A DNA stretch of 62,307 bases, counting the filler. It is 3 parts of 3 records of this genome, joined end to end, with 100 filler letters (N's around TTAATTAATTAA, not from the genome) between each part and the next. Parts side by side here need not be neighbours in the genome. Positions count along the whole stretch, not along the records: positions 1 to 22,777 come from SRR20825019_980; positions 22,878 to 49,355 come from SRR20825019_983; 1 more part is not named here. One strand, given 5' to 3'. Position 1 is the stretch's first letter, and every line of letters starts with the position of its first letter. Of this stretch, positions 21,343 through 34,229 are shown piece by piece. Made by a program: the position numbers and the translations under genes. The notes beneath the pieces were generated by a model. It was not told the origin of the DNA. It saw nothing but the letters and a program-made list of their open reading frames with translations, and made no database searches.

Positions 21343-22599
21343 TTATAAAGCTTCAACAGAAAATGAAGCTGTTTTAATGCTACTTTTGTTCCCTTCAACC
21401 ATCGTCCAAGCAGCATAAATTTTGTTTCCTATAACTGCTAACTGCGGAAAACCGCTAGAACGCTCAAAGCTTGTTTTTGAAATAGTAATTGGAAACCCTT
21501 TTGTGCCATCTGAAGAAACACGCATCGCTTGAATCAAAGTTTCTTCACCTATAGTCTCCATCCAACTTACAATAGCCGTAGTTTTTGAAACCATTGCTAC
21601 TGCTACCCTTCCCAAAGTTTCAGAACTATTTATGTGAATAGGAACTCCAAAAGTTTTTCCCTTATCGTTTGAAAAAGCAAGTTGCACTCTCGGGTTACCA
21701 TTTGCAGCCGTAAACCATGCAACAGCTATATTATCTTCATAGGAAGCTATGGCGGGCCCATTAACAGGGCAACCCGGAATCTTCCAGTTATCCGCATGCA
21801 CTGTTTTTGAAGCTGAAAAAGAATCATCAAAAAGTCCGATGATAGAAATATCTCTAATTTCATCTGCGCTTCGATCTCTATAAACCAGTACTGGCGCATC
21901 ATTGATAGTTGTCATTGCTGTTTGGCAACAATCACAAACACGATCATCGAGTGACACATCTGGTTGCATCGTTCCATCTGCGTGCACCAAGCGCCCCCGA
22001 AGCGTCATGGCGCCAGCACCGTGACTTTCATGACTATCGTGCCCGCCAGCGGTATTTCTACCATCAAGCCAGATTGCATAAAAAGACGATTTACCATTTG
22101 GAACGACAGCAACAAAACCATGCTCGCTGGCCGTTCCGTCATTGTGCAGTATAATATTCTTTTTCCAAGTTTGTGTTTCAGCAGAAAAAAGGTTGAGTTT
22201 TACATCGTACGTATATTTTCCATTGGCTGATTTTTGAAGATAGCTTATTAAAATACTACCATTATTCTCAGCAATTACAGGGAAATCTGCCCAATTAATA
22301 AACCAATCATTTCCTGAATTTACTTCATAAGGCTTCGTCCATTTACCATCCTTAAAGCTTGAATAATACAATACTGAAAGTGTATCCCTCTTTTCAACCC
22401 ACGACATAAAAAGCTGATTGCTTGAAGCAAAAAGTCTTGGCAAGGCGGTATTTCCAAAAGTTGGATTCGCTAAAGAAGTAACAGTTTCAGTGGTTTGTTT
22501 GGTTTCGGAAAGTGTGATTTCTTTTTCAGTTTCATTTTTACAGGAAACAATCGTAATTGCTACAAAAGAAAAAAAGAAAATTATTTTTAGAAATCGCAT
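21343..22599 (-). CDS. BNR/Asp-box (exo-sialidase-like) beta-propeller lipoprotein
   Basis: Lipobox IVSC; NWADFP, EHGFV, VCDCCQT, GCPVNGP, SNDKGKTF Asp-box. Confidence 0.75.
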   Translation of the reverse strand: MRFLKIIFFFSFVAITIVSCKNETEKEITLSETKQTTETVTSLANPTFGNTALPRLFASSNQLFMSWVEKRDTLSVLYYSSFKDGKWTKPYEVNSGNDWFINWADFPVIAENNGSILISYLQKSANGKYTYDVKLNLFSAETQTWKKNIILHNDGTASEHGFVAVVPNGKSSFYAIWLDGRNTAGGHDSHESHGAGAMTLRGRLVHADGTMQPDVSLDDRVCDCCQTAMTTINDAPVLVYRDRSADEIRDISIIGLFDDSFSASKTVHADNWKIPGCPVNGPAIASYEDNIAVAWFTAANGNPRVQLAFSNDKGKTFGVPIHINSSETLGRVAVAMVSKTTAIVSWMETIGEETLIQAMRVSSDGTKGFPITISKTSFERSSGFPQLAVIGNKIYAAWTMVEGNKSSIKTASFSVEAL

Positions 22600-22611
22600 C
22601 AGAAATATAAT

Positions 22612-22776
22612 TTATTCGGCTACCAGTTCTGCATAAAGGTCAAAATCTTCGGCTGCTGTAATTTTTACATTAAAAAATTCTCCTGTGCGCAAATAACCTT
22701 CTTCAGCATTTATCAAAACTTCGTTATCTACATCTGGGCTGTCAAACTCTGTTCTTCCTACAAAATAGCCACCTTC
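22612..22776 (-). CDS. rimO: RimO methylthiotransferase, C-terminal TRAM fragment (contig-truncated)
   Basis: Minus frame EGGYFVGRTEFDSPDVDNEVLI...VKITAAEDFDLYAE*; absent from the ORF track. Confidence 0.88.
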   Translation of the reverse strand, partial: EGGYFVGRTEFDSPDVDNEVLINAEEGYLRTGEFFNVKITAAEDFDLYAELVAE

Positions 22777-22777
22777 T

Positions 22778-22877
22778 NNNNNNNNNNNNNNNNNNNNNNN
22801 NNNNNNNNNNNNNNNNNNNNNTTAATTAATTAANNNNNNNNNNNNNNNNNNNNNNNNNNNNNNNNNNNNNNNNNNNN
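22778..22877. other. Artificial contig spacer
   Basis: 100-nt N run containing the all-frame-stop TTAATTAATTAA; composition changes abruptly across it. Confidence 0.98.
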
Positions 22878-24025
22878 ATGAATGAATTTATTGCTTTGAA
22901 CCAGCCCCGCTCAGCTCCGTGGCCGGGGCCGGTGGCTGACCGACTGCACCTGCCAGTATCTGACCGAGTTCCACTGACTTCATGAGCCGTCCGGCCCCTC
23001 CAGAAAAAGAAATTATTCAGATTTTCAGAATACGCATTACTTTATTTTTATGTGCTTTGCTTCGGCACACGGAGCCGAGCGGCGTTCGACCGGACCGCCG
23101 GGCGCCGGCTTTCTGCGATTGACATCGATCGGCGGCCAGGGGCCGACCCGCTCCTGTCGAGCTTCGTGCGGCCGCGTCACGGGCCAGCCGGCCCAGCGGC
23201 GCTCCGGAGCGATGCCGTGCGCGACTACCGCTGGGCAGGGTGACACAGCGTGGCCGCCGAGCAGTTTGATTGTTGGGCCGTGCCTCCGCCTATTCGCGTT
23301 TCGGCCGTCCCGGTAGCGGAGGGGAGCCTCTCGGCTGCTCGGCCAGCGGTGTTGGCCCCCGATCGTCTCAGTCTGGCGCTGGTGCCATCAAAGCACACCT
23401 GCCGTTCGGTGCTCTCCGATGACCTAGTTCCCGGCGCCGGAGTGGGGGGATCAGCACAACAAAGGCTGCGGAGTCGAGGTGGTCGCGTTTCGCTTCGCCG
23501 CGGGTGGAGGGACGACACGATCCCACTGCCGTTGCATGGCCTCGATCGGCAGAATGTGGCCTTGTTGCGTCTCCGTCTGTCCTACTGGAGGAGGGAATTC
23601 AGGCGGATAGGACCCGAGTGAGGGCCCCGGACGGAAGGGCTTTCGCTGTGTCCATTCGGCGGTGTGTGTCCGACGACAGCGACGGTTCTAATTTCGTCTT
23701 CGTCTCTCTTTAGTGTGAGCGGTGCCATTGATCGAAGATTGCGAAGGAGCACAAAGGATTTGTGACGTCAGGAAAGGCACAAGTTGGAATATTTCTTTTC
23801 TTGCCGCATATTAAGAAAACGTAGGCCCAAGCCGTACGATATTTTGCCTCGTTTTGAGGCTCCCTTCAGTCAAACATAGGGAATACCATACTCACTGGGG
23901 TATTTAGGACGGCCGCCAGCAAGACTTCCTCATTTGTGACGGTAAGCCACCATACCTGAAGGGTGCTAGGATTCTAATACTGGCTGTACTTATTCTAGGA
24001 CTCAAAGAGGCGAATTTTGAGAACT

Positions 24026-27000
24026 ATGAACGAAAACTACTCCGATCACGAGGAGTCTGCATTTGACGGTGTAGCGGAAGGGCGACTCAGTATGGAGTCT
24101 GGCTATGGTGCTGAGAAACCAATCGTGTTTTACAGCGTGCGTGTCAATGCACAGTTTGATTTCATGTGCGTCTAACAACTTTCCAGGATGGAGAGGATTT
24201 TTCAGACGAGGAAGTTTATGTAAACGTCAAGGGTGGGGGCGATAGTAGTCCCAATCACGACGACAGGCAAGGCAGGAGGCGAAAGCGAAGCTCCAAGAAG
24301 TCGTCCAGTCGTGACTCCTCGTCCAGTTCTGTCGGGGCAAAGCTGCTCTCTCCATTATCGTTGGTTCGCCGGGGCAGGAAATCTCCCGCGGAGAGATCGG
24401 AACACACTGGAACACCATCATCCATGCATACTGCCCATGAGACCTTGTCTCCGGTTTCTCCGTCCATGCTAGCGAGTAAGCAACCATACCTTGTTGTTCT
24501 TGCCTAAAATATCCGATTTGACTTTTGTATCAGCATCTCCGTCCTCTCCGCCACGTATGTCTCAAATGGCTCCTGCAGGCACAAGTGGCGAGACTCCAGA
24601 GGGCATGGTTGAAGATGATGAGGATCCTCTGTTGGATGCAGACGGGTAAAGTAGACTTTTCGCTTTCGTGTGTGGCTTACTCACCCAAGAACAAGGTGTA
24701 TGGAGCTGGTCAAGCAAATCCTGACGGACATATATTTCGGAATCGACTTTGCACGTTTGGCGCAGGAGGAGATGGACGGCACGTTGAAGCGCCGCAATCG
24801 CCTTAGTAGCTTCGGTAATGCTTTCTTTGTGGTGCGTGTTGGGAGGGTTGTATATTGAGGAGGCGAATAGGGTCCAAGCTTGGCGGGTTCATGCAACGAG
24901 GAAAGGCCGAAAAAGAGGATATGTTTGCACAGGCTCGAGACTTCATTATTGAGCGCGGGGATGTTTCCACCGCGTCGCGTGTTCTGAAAGATCTGACTGC
25001 GAGCTACAAGAAAGTTGAAAATTGGCCCAAGGAACTTATCCTACTTAAATCGCAGATCAACTTCCTTGAAGCCAAGAGTACAGACAACTTCGTTTCCTCC
25101 TTCAAAGAATTGGAGGAATGTCAGGAGTTTCTTCCCGAGTCTCGGCAGGACGCGTTGGCTTCCCAGCTCAAGCAATGCGAGGAGTCGGTGCCTCGTGCGG
25201 AGAGGAGCCGCTTGTATGATGCCATGGAAGTTGACGAAGCTGACACCACGGTAGCCTCCCCATCTCTTTCAGCGTTTGGAAATGTGAATTAACATGTCAT
25301 GCATAGATCGTGAAGGACGTACATGACGAGTTGATCATGTTGCGCTTCGAGAAGATGATTGCGGACCGGATCCAGCTTCGGGTACGACTTGCCAGTGAAC
25401 ATTATTATGTCTAGGACAGGCCTAACTTGTCTCTTTGTTAGAATCGTATTCAGGAAGTTGCTGTAACTCGGAAGCTACTCCAACTGGTTAAGCAAGGGTC
25501 AGCGTCGGCCATGTTCGAAATAGCAAGTGCCTACAGTGTAAGTTCACTGTATATGATGAGTGCGTGTTGGTTTGACCCCATTGGCCAGAACGGCGAGGCT
25601 CCTGCGGATGATGGCAAATTTTTGTCTTGGACTTGGAAGGCCGTCCGAAAAATAGGCCTTGTCAAGGTGACACGCTTCCTTGTGGGTTTTCTGGGCCAGT
25701 TTGCATCTATTAGCAAGTTGTCTTCGATAGCAAAGATGCCGAAGACCCTCAAGATGCTCAAGGTACTATTTTCCGGTGCAGCCGTTGTATGTGTCTTTGA
25801 GTTCATACTGTAATTTGGTAGAATTTTGCGGATACCATCACTGACCTGGAGAATGACTCAAGAACCATTCAGCGCGCAATTCGCCAGGAAAATGCCGAGC
25901 AGTTCAAACTCCTCATGAACAAATACCTCAAGATGTTCAACTTCGCTCAGATGTCCAAAGACCAGTCTGTCTTACTCGTGAGCACTCTCTTCAGCGGGAA
26001 GAAAAAACCGTTCGAGGAGCACAAGAAGGCTGCTTCTGTCGTCTTGGGTCTCTTCAAATTGAAGCCTAGACCAGATGAGGTGAGGGCATTGATATGACCT
26101 TCAGCGGTATCTGTTGTTGATTTTTCTTTTTGTTTACAGGTGGAAGACTTTGCCATGGTCTTGAAAGACATTGTCTCTCGCTACAATCACGAAGGTACAA
26201 TAGGCCTTTCTGACTTCAAATATGCTGCCGAGTTCTTCTTGCGGTTTAACCGCCCAGAATTGCACAAAATGGTCAACGGCCTACTTAAGAAGATGAATGT
26301 GTCCATGAGCCTTCAAGACTTTACTGTTCTCATGAATGAATGGCTTTCACTCCATTTGACATTTTTCGAGGGATCGAAGAAACTTGTGGAAAAGCGAAAG
26401 GCCTTAGCCACCAAGGCGTCCTTGTCTCTGAATAGTCAGTCTACTGCTCTTCTACGCGGCAGCAGTACCAACAGTGTGTCAAGTGACTGGTCGGCCGCAA
26501 CTTCTGAAAGTGTTGATGAGGACGAGGTGAATCTTGCGCCTGTGCTGAGAATAGCAGACTTTATCTACCATCGTTATACCCGTGCGGGCTTCCATTCCAC
26601 TATGAATGATATCATGAAGAATTCATCAGTGGAGTTTGAGGTGTGGTGATTGAATTGTGCTTGTGGAGGTGGTTTTTGATGATATGACTACGCAGGATGG
26701 TGCATTTGATGGCTTGATTGACAATCTAATTCGGGTTGTGGATTGGGCTCGTGAGCACGAAGTTGAGGCTAACAGACTTGCATCTGACTTCAAGAAATCC
26801 AAAAATCACAAGGACTATGTCCTCATGCGCAAAGTAAGGCCCAAATGCTAAAGTTTAGTATTTTGACAACTTACATTTTTTAGACTATAGTTGAAGTGTT
26901 CAAGCAATTTGGGATGGATGTGGACGGCCAGGTTCTTACTCATGTGATTGGTCTTATCAAGACAGTGCAAGCGAACAACACATTCTCCAAGACAGACCTG

Positions 27001-29940
27001 CAGGCCTTGGTCGCTATCTTCGTGCAACTTGATGCGAAGTTTATCGCTGAGCAATTGACCAAGTTCTTGAAGATGTTTGGTATGAAGTTAGATGATAACG
27101 ACAAGAAGGTTCTCGAACGATTAGCCCTGACTTTGCGGTGAGAGTATGTTGCTTGTTGATGAGATATGTGACTCACATTCACCAGTGTCTACCTGAAACC
27201 CATGGCCGAAGGCCGGCCGGATGATGTAGATCGCTTCGCACTAGACTTCAATGCTGTGTTCTTATCATTGAACATTATTTCTAAGCGGTTAGGTTTAGAT
27301 CTGTTGCGGCAAATGGGATTGCTGGAAAAGGCTATGAAGCAGAAAATACCTTTTACTCAGTCCGTTGTGGGTGTTAGCCACTATGTGGGCATTGCACACG
27401 AGCGTGATACGAAAACTGGAATGAGGATCCTCTTGGATGGTGCCCGACGGAACGGTATGAATGTTTGTCATGGCAGATGGAATGGCCGACTCATGCTTTT
27501 GGGGCTTTGCAGATATCAGTTGTGTTCGTGCTCTTGCAAGTATTTATTATCAGGGCATCCTAACCCCGCAGAATTGGAAAGAGGCGGCGCGCTACATTCA
27601 GCGGGACACCCAGATGACTGGTAACGCAGATAACCTCCTTCGTATGGGTCAAATGTACACCGACGGAGGGCCGGTATGTGTGACTCGTGCATTCAGGTTC
27701 CATGGCTTATGTTATTATAGGGCTTCCGGAAGAATTACCACATGGCCTACACCAACTACATGGAGCTCTGCGAACGTGGGCACATGGAGGGTTTCCATGG
27801 CATGACCAAACTTTTGAACAAAGGCTTTGATGGAGTGGACCACAACAAGGTGCTAGATTTCGCGAGCCTATTCGGCATTGACTTCATGGACGACCTGAAG
27901 ACTTTGGAAGCCGGCCCGAAGCACACTTACACTACCATTGTCCGGAATCGCCTTCAGGTGATTATGCGGGTTTATGCAGCTGTGATCTACTGTTGACATG
28001 ATGTTCAGCTGGCCATCGAACACTACCAAAAGATTATGGCCACCTCACCATTCTCGGATGAAGATATCTACGTCAGCCGCGACTGGGAAGTCTCGTACTA
28101 TGTTACTGTATTGCTTGTCTTGGGCCAATCGGATCACCTCTTCAAGGTACTCGAAAGTATCCTCAAATCCTCGTTTTGGGATTCTCACAGAATCTTGCAG
28201 CTCGCGGAAAGTATTGGAAGCATCACGCTTGCGTCGCTTTGCAAGGTATTGGAGAAACTTCAAGAGGATGACTACGCAGATGTCAAGAAGTCATTTGTCT
28301 CGTTGCTGCGCAAGCACCTGGATTTCCTGTCGAAGCAGGCAAAAGCCAAGGTAGATGATAGATTGCATGTGGTTGTGAGATGCTTACACTATTCTTCAGC
28401 TTCCTGAAAATCCTCTTAAGGGCCTTGGGAAGTCTTCGTTGCGCATCAAGCTTTCGGAGGAGAATGCGCAATTGATGAATGATATTGTCAGGTTGGTTAC
28501 TCATTTCGTACAGCATATGCAATGCTAATCTTTGACTCTGTCTCCTGAAGGTTCAAGAATCTTGTTCTCTCTTGTGGCGCTCAGCTGTATGAGGGAGAAG
28601 TGAAGCCGGCCTTAACCAAGCAGTACAGCAGCGCCTTGATTCGTGACGCCCTTTGCTTACATATATCGAATGCTGGCAAGGAAGGGGTATGCTATCTGAA
28701 TGAGAAATACCGTTGAGGTACTCATGCGCATGTGCAGGAACTTTTTGTCACCCTGCGGACGCTTGGGGATCACTTGACGTCGTGTCGTGATCTTTGCCTT
28801 GAGGAATTGGACGCCATAATCGATTATGGGCTGGAGTTTATTAAGAAAATGTTTAAGGAAAAGAAGTCGGAATGGGCGGCGGAGCACACCGCCACTGTTA
28901 ACACAATCAATGCGGTGAGCAATACTTGTGTCGCGGTGATGTCCGAATGCTGAAGATGGAATGGGCAGGCTCTGTGTCGCATAGGCGCCTCGGAGGGTGT
29001 GATGCTAGTTGCCAAGTTTGGTCGTTGGTCCATGATCAATGAGGCCCTCTATAATGTTGCCAGGTTCCAGATGTGGGACGAGATGCCTCAAGATAGGCTA
29101 GAGGATCTCTTGGAAGCGTCAGGTGAGACAAGAGATTTTGTTCTTCTTCGTTTCGCGTTTGTATATCTTAGTCGTGGGTATTCAGAAAAATCAGTGCGTA
29201 TGGCCCAGGCGGCTAAGCGGCAACATATGTGCCTTGTGCCTGTTCTGAGGACAATATGCACTGATGATGAAGGCGCCGAACTCGCCAACTTCTTTGATCG
29301 CACAATTTCGATGGATAACTTTGGTAACCTTAGTCTGACTGCGTGGGGCTGGGAGTGCGGACCATTGACATCTATTCTATTTTAGTGGAGTGCATAGAGG
29401 TTCTTACCAAGTCGAAGATTCTCCGGCAAAAACTCACCGATGACAACATTGACCTAATGGTTGAAAATCTTCAGGTAAATCTTTGTTTGTGTTGACTAAG
29501 GGTGGAAAATCAAGTAACAGAAATCGTTTTCAGAAACATGAAGATATTCCCTCAGACGAGCTTGCCGATCTTGTCAAGCAGCTGCAGGAGCTGAAAACTG
29601 GGAAGGTGTCGAAAACTCTTCAAAGGAAGAATGATAAGGAGAAGAAGAAACTGAAAGGAACCAAAATAGGTATTTGGTGGGCGATCCAAATAACCCACAC
29701 ATCTCTTATCCCGATTTTGCAGAGGGACCCATCAAGGAGGAGATCGTTGACGCCTCGTATGGGCACGGTATTGTCGAGTCTGAGAGGAAAGATTCCCCAC
29801 CATTCAAGTCTAGGTAGGAAAATTGAGAGAGTGTCTGGCGGTTGTTTTTCGACTGAACTCATGCTTTCAGTTCTGGGGCTGCGAAGTCGCGCATAGTCGG
29901 CGCAAATGCGCCGCGCATATTATACGAGAAGAGCCAATGA
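24026..29940 (+). CDS. Large multi-exon eukaryotic gene with Sel1-like repeats (end approximate)
   Basis: Exons join across ~50-nt GT-AG introns; Sel1-like segments GSASAMFEIASAY, CVRALASIYYQGILTPQNWKEAARY, NLLRMGQMYTDGGP|GLRKNYHMAYTNYMELCERGH; 5'UTR intron at ~23942-23998. Confidence 0.65.
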
Positions 29941-31138
29941 TAACCTCTTCTGTTATCTCTCCGCTGTTCGTTCAGCCAAGGCCTCGCCTGCTATGGCTTC
30001 GATCTCCATCTCCACACGAGTTGCGGTCAACGACGAGGGAAAGTGGAAATTAAATCAATTTCACTTTGAGCACCCGAGCTGCGACTTGTTCTAGCTAGCT
30101 AGTAGAGAACTGTTCCTGTTGGTTGCACGTTGCCCCACAAGAGACCCTTCGATCCAAAAATACCAGGTGCAGGAAAAGGTGCCACTCCATGCCTGTTGAA
30201 CCGGCATTATAGAGACTTTCGTGTTACAAAGACGTCTACTTGAGAGCTTTTGAGAACTGAAAGAGGCATTCAGCACCCCAGCCGCTGCCAGTAAGATTGA
30301 CCGGTCGTGGATGGGCGGGAGACTGGTGCAGGCAGTTGCGGCCGACCATCGTGCACCATGGGTTGGATGTTGTGTTCTTTGGGCAGTTAAGCTGCGGGAG
30401 GCCGCAGGCTGCCCGGGGTGGCGTTGGCCCGATGCTGCCGGCGGCCGAGAGTCAGTATCCGACTCTGATCCAGTCGTGATTCAGTCCGGGGTCGGCCGGT
30501 CGGCGGAATTACGCGAATCGGCCACGCCTATCACCGAGCCCATCCTGTCTGTTCGTGTGATTGTCAATGCCCCTGGGCCGGTGTCGGAATTAGGTATGCC
30601 CTCACTCTGATGAGTGACTGCTCCAACAAATTCATTCATTCACTGCTCCTGGCACCTCCGTTTGGTCGGCCTGCCATTCTGCCAAGCGGCCCCGCGTTCA
30701 ACCACCGACCGGTGGTGTGCCCATGCCGCCGGCACCGTGCTGAGAACAGCCCAAAGCAGTGGCCGCCCTTCATTCATTCATTCCCCAGAGCAGCACTCTC
30801 GGTCGGCACTGAGGTCGCACGGTCGGCACGGTCAGCTCCGTTCTCATCATCCACCCGGTGACGTCATTCGTTAAGCAATGATTGGGTGCAATTTTGCGAA
30901 CCGAAACCCATCACGGCCCGTCTCCCCGTCTGGGCCGGGCCGTGAGGTCAATGGGCCGGCAGGCCCACCATGTCATAGTGCTGTTTCACCATCCGGTGGT
31001 AGGAAGTGAGCTCAGTGCCTCTTGTTCGACAACAAGTATTTCAACATGGTATATGAAATCGATAAGTAAGCGATTCGCATATTGCACACAGGCTTTACGC
31101 TTCAGGCGGCCAGAAGGTTGGCCAGTACCGTTGGAGCA

Positions 31139-32870
31139 ATGGAGACCGAAAATGTTGTTTTCTCTCCGGGCAACGACAGTGACGGTGGAAAGGACGACAA
31201 TAGTGACAAAGCGAAGGACGACAGGGAAAAGCAGAAGAGGTGTCGTGTTATCATATCTTGCTTGCAGTGTCACTCTCACAAAAAAAAATGTGACCGATCG
31301 AAGCCTATATGCGGGCCTTGTAAGCGGAATGGTCGCGGGACACCATGCGATTGGGATCCTAGAGTTGAGACAACAGTCAGTAGGAGAGGCCGCAAGCGAG
31401 TGGAAATATCTGAGCTCAATGAGAAGCACAAAAAGGGGCGGCCGTCCACGGTAGAGAAATCATCTTCTGAAGGAAGTGATGAGTCTGCGATAGTTATGAA
31501 ACCTTCTTTCTTTGGTATGAATCGAACTTCTTTCGAGATGATGTCCATGCGATACAGTCAAATCCACCGGAAGTTTGGGATTTCACCAGTGTAAGTACCG
31601 GCTCATGTTGAGTATTGTGGTAGTCTCGCCAACACCATACATACACAGGAGTCCATCCACGTTGTATAACCTCTATGAGCTGTGGAGAACTTATATGTCC
31701 ACTGAAAATTTTGCCGTGAATCTATTTGTTGACACATACGATCAACGTCAAGCCCTATATAACACTTATACAGCACTGTGCGCATTTGCTCACTCATGCT
31801 CCAACTCAAATATGAACATGGTGAGCTCGCAACTTCCCTCTGTGGTCATTCTAATTGTGAGGATTTAGGTTTCGCATGCAAAACACGCATTGAAAATGGG
31901 TGCAGAAGTCGGTGCTGTTGTGGCGAGATGCATGGATGAGCACGGAGATGCCAATGTGGATAAGATAGCATCTTCCACCTCGTGGCTTTATCGGGCAATG
32001 GGCGGCACCCCGGTTGAGGATGTGGTTAAGAATATAGTTATTGGCATTGAGTCTCGACTCGAGTCGCACATGGATGCATCATACAGGAGAAATGGAATGT
32101 CTCTGTATATTCAGCATTGGGTTCTATGCAAGACTGCTATGGGAAAGTATGTGGAAGCGATCGAGTCAGTGCTGGAGTACACTCAGGCTGCACTTGCTGA
32201 CCCGAACCTGTCTTCCCGTGAAGACGCATACACCAAGCTTCATTGCTTGTTGGTGTGCAACTCGTACTCGTCGCTCTTGTATGCCGGGGCAGTAGGATTA
32301 TACAACCCAAAGACCCACATGTGCGACTTCGTGAACGTCATGTACTCGAACCTCCCCAGTCATTTGAAGGTAAAGTGGGACACTCACGTCGAAAATTTCC
32401 AAGCTGTCATGGATATATCGGAAGCGTTGCTTGCAGAGCCTGTGAGGGAAGGCCAGGAGGACGACTTCAAAGAGATGCTTGATATGTATGTCGCGGGCTC
32501 TTTGATGATGGGCTTCGCCCGCTATTGGATGTGCCAGCCAGATATTGCGCTTCCGACGTTGGTGTATGCATTCACTGAGCTATTTCGTGACATAAGGGAC
32601 CACCCTTTCAACACCCCATATTGGGGCGCATTTGTTAACGCTGCGCGAGCACTTGCAATGTTGGCTCCCAGAACGTTTTTGCGTATTGCGCACTCAAGCA
32701 ACGTTCTCGGTTCCGGACCGAATGAATCGCTAGATGGGCGTCTTTCTAGTCGTGGCCTGGAATTGAAAAACATCTTTGTTGGTCTTGTGAGTAGGCTAAC
32801 TGCCGCTGGTTTTGAGCCAGCTGTGGACCCGCCGTCCATATTCGAGGGCAACCCTCCATCTCCCCTTTAG
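31139..32870 (+). CDS. Zn(II)2Cys6 (GAL4-type) transcription factor, 3 exons
   Basis: SCLQCHSHKKKCDRSKPICGPCKRNGRGTPC = C-x2-C-x6-C-x6-C-x2-C-x8-C; introns ~31591-31648 and ~31821-31868. Confidence 0.85.
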
Positions 32871-33094
32871 GCATCGGGCCCCGCGCCTGCTAAATCCGCA
32901 GTACTGATGAGAATACCACGACGGCCACGACAAGGGAATGTATAAGGAGCGCCCATACACAACGCCGCGTGCCCTGTGTTCACTCCTGTAGCCTCTCCTT
33001 CAAGGAAATACATTCACAAGGAAAATAAACCAACAGGTTGACCCCATCACGAGTGCAAACACTGTTTCACAATGCAAAGACGTTCATTAGACAC

Positions 33095-34052
33095 CTAGCA
33101 GTGGCACGACTTGCCGTTTGCGTTGGCATTGTTCTGTACAATATTGATATTGGACTGGGGTTTGCTAGATCCAGTCTCTTGAGGAAGTTTCTTGCCTGTT
33201 CCATCGCGAGTTATGGCATGTAACCAACGCCAGCCAGAGACAACTTACTGATATCAGTGAATAGGGGAGTGACGCCATGGTCACTTTTGGCACTAGTCTC
33301 AGTGAAGATAGCACCAATGTCCTCGCAATAAGCACGAGCCATTTCCGTCTCAACCTAGGCCCGCAAGTCTCAATACAGTGCCTCTGCAAACGCTAGCACG
33401 GCATACCTGACGTTCGTTCTCCAAATCCACCTTATTTCCGGCAACAGCAATAACAATATCGGGGGGGCCCAGGGTGCGAAGTTCCTTCACCCAGTTCTTA
33501 AGTGTATTGAAAGAATCCTGCTCTCCTGTAAGTGCTGCTCACAGTTCTCCTAGAGAGAGATAGAGATAGGTAGAGAGAGAGAGAGCCTATACCTTTCTCG
33601 TGATATCATATACCACAATAGCCGCAGCCGCTCCACGATAATACATCGGGGCAAGTGAATGATACTTCTCCTGTCCCGCAGTATCCCAGATTTGGAACTT
33701 CACAGCTGTGTCGTCTACAACAATGGTCTTGGACATGAACGAAGCACTGGGACGTGCGATTAGCTACACGCCTCTTCGATAAAAACGGAACACAAGCGGA
33801 AGACTCCACAAGTTTGATGAAATGAAGGCTACGGACTAATATCTTACCCAATGGTAGATTCTGAGAACGGCTTGAAATGGTTTGAAACAAACCGAAGCAC
33901 CAAGCTAGACTTTCCCACGCCAGCATCACCAAGCAATACGACCTATTCAAGTTCGTTTAGAAAGGTGACGTTCGGCAAGCAAGCGCGTCATTCACCTTGA
34001 CCTCGCGGAGTTTCGAAACCTCCTGTGCAGACTTTGATGGGCGCGCCGCCAT
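33095..34052 (-). CDS. Rab5-subfamily small GTPase, most like Rab22; 6 exons
   Basis: Spliced product [73 protein letters not shown]-terminal CHC prenylation motif; missed by the ORF track. Confidence 0.92.
33551..33585. repeat. Imperfect (GA)n microsatellite inside a Rab intron
   Basis: tagagagagatagagataggtagagagagagagag. Confidence 0.85.
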
Positions 34053-34229
34053 AACTATACCACTACTATGTCTATGTGAGGAGCAAAGCAAATGCTAGAC
34101 TCGCACCCCTTTGTACTACTTGTTGTGGCATAGCGTCATTCGTATTTATATGTTGGTTCATCTCTTCCCGTCGAGTTTGGTTCACCATGGTTGAGCTAGG
34201 CGATTCTAGGCGGCACAATACGCCCTTCT

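Noticed and set aside
21294-21416. Glycosyltransferase N-terminal extension overlapping the BNR gene
   Set aside because: Family-like sequence begins at LKNLLVIG (TTG 21293)
22822-22833. TTAATTAATTAA palindrome as a regulatory or recombination site
   Set aside because: Synthetic all-frame stop linker embedded in Ns
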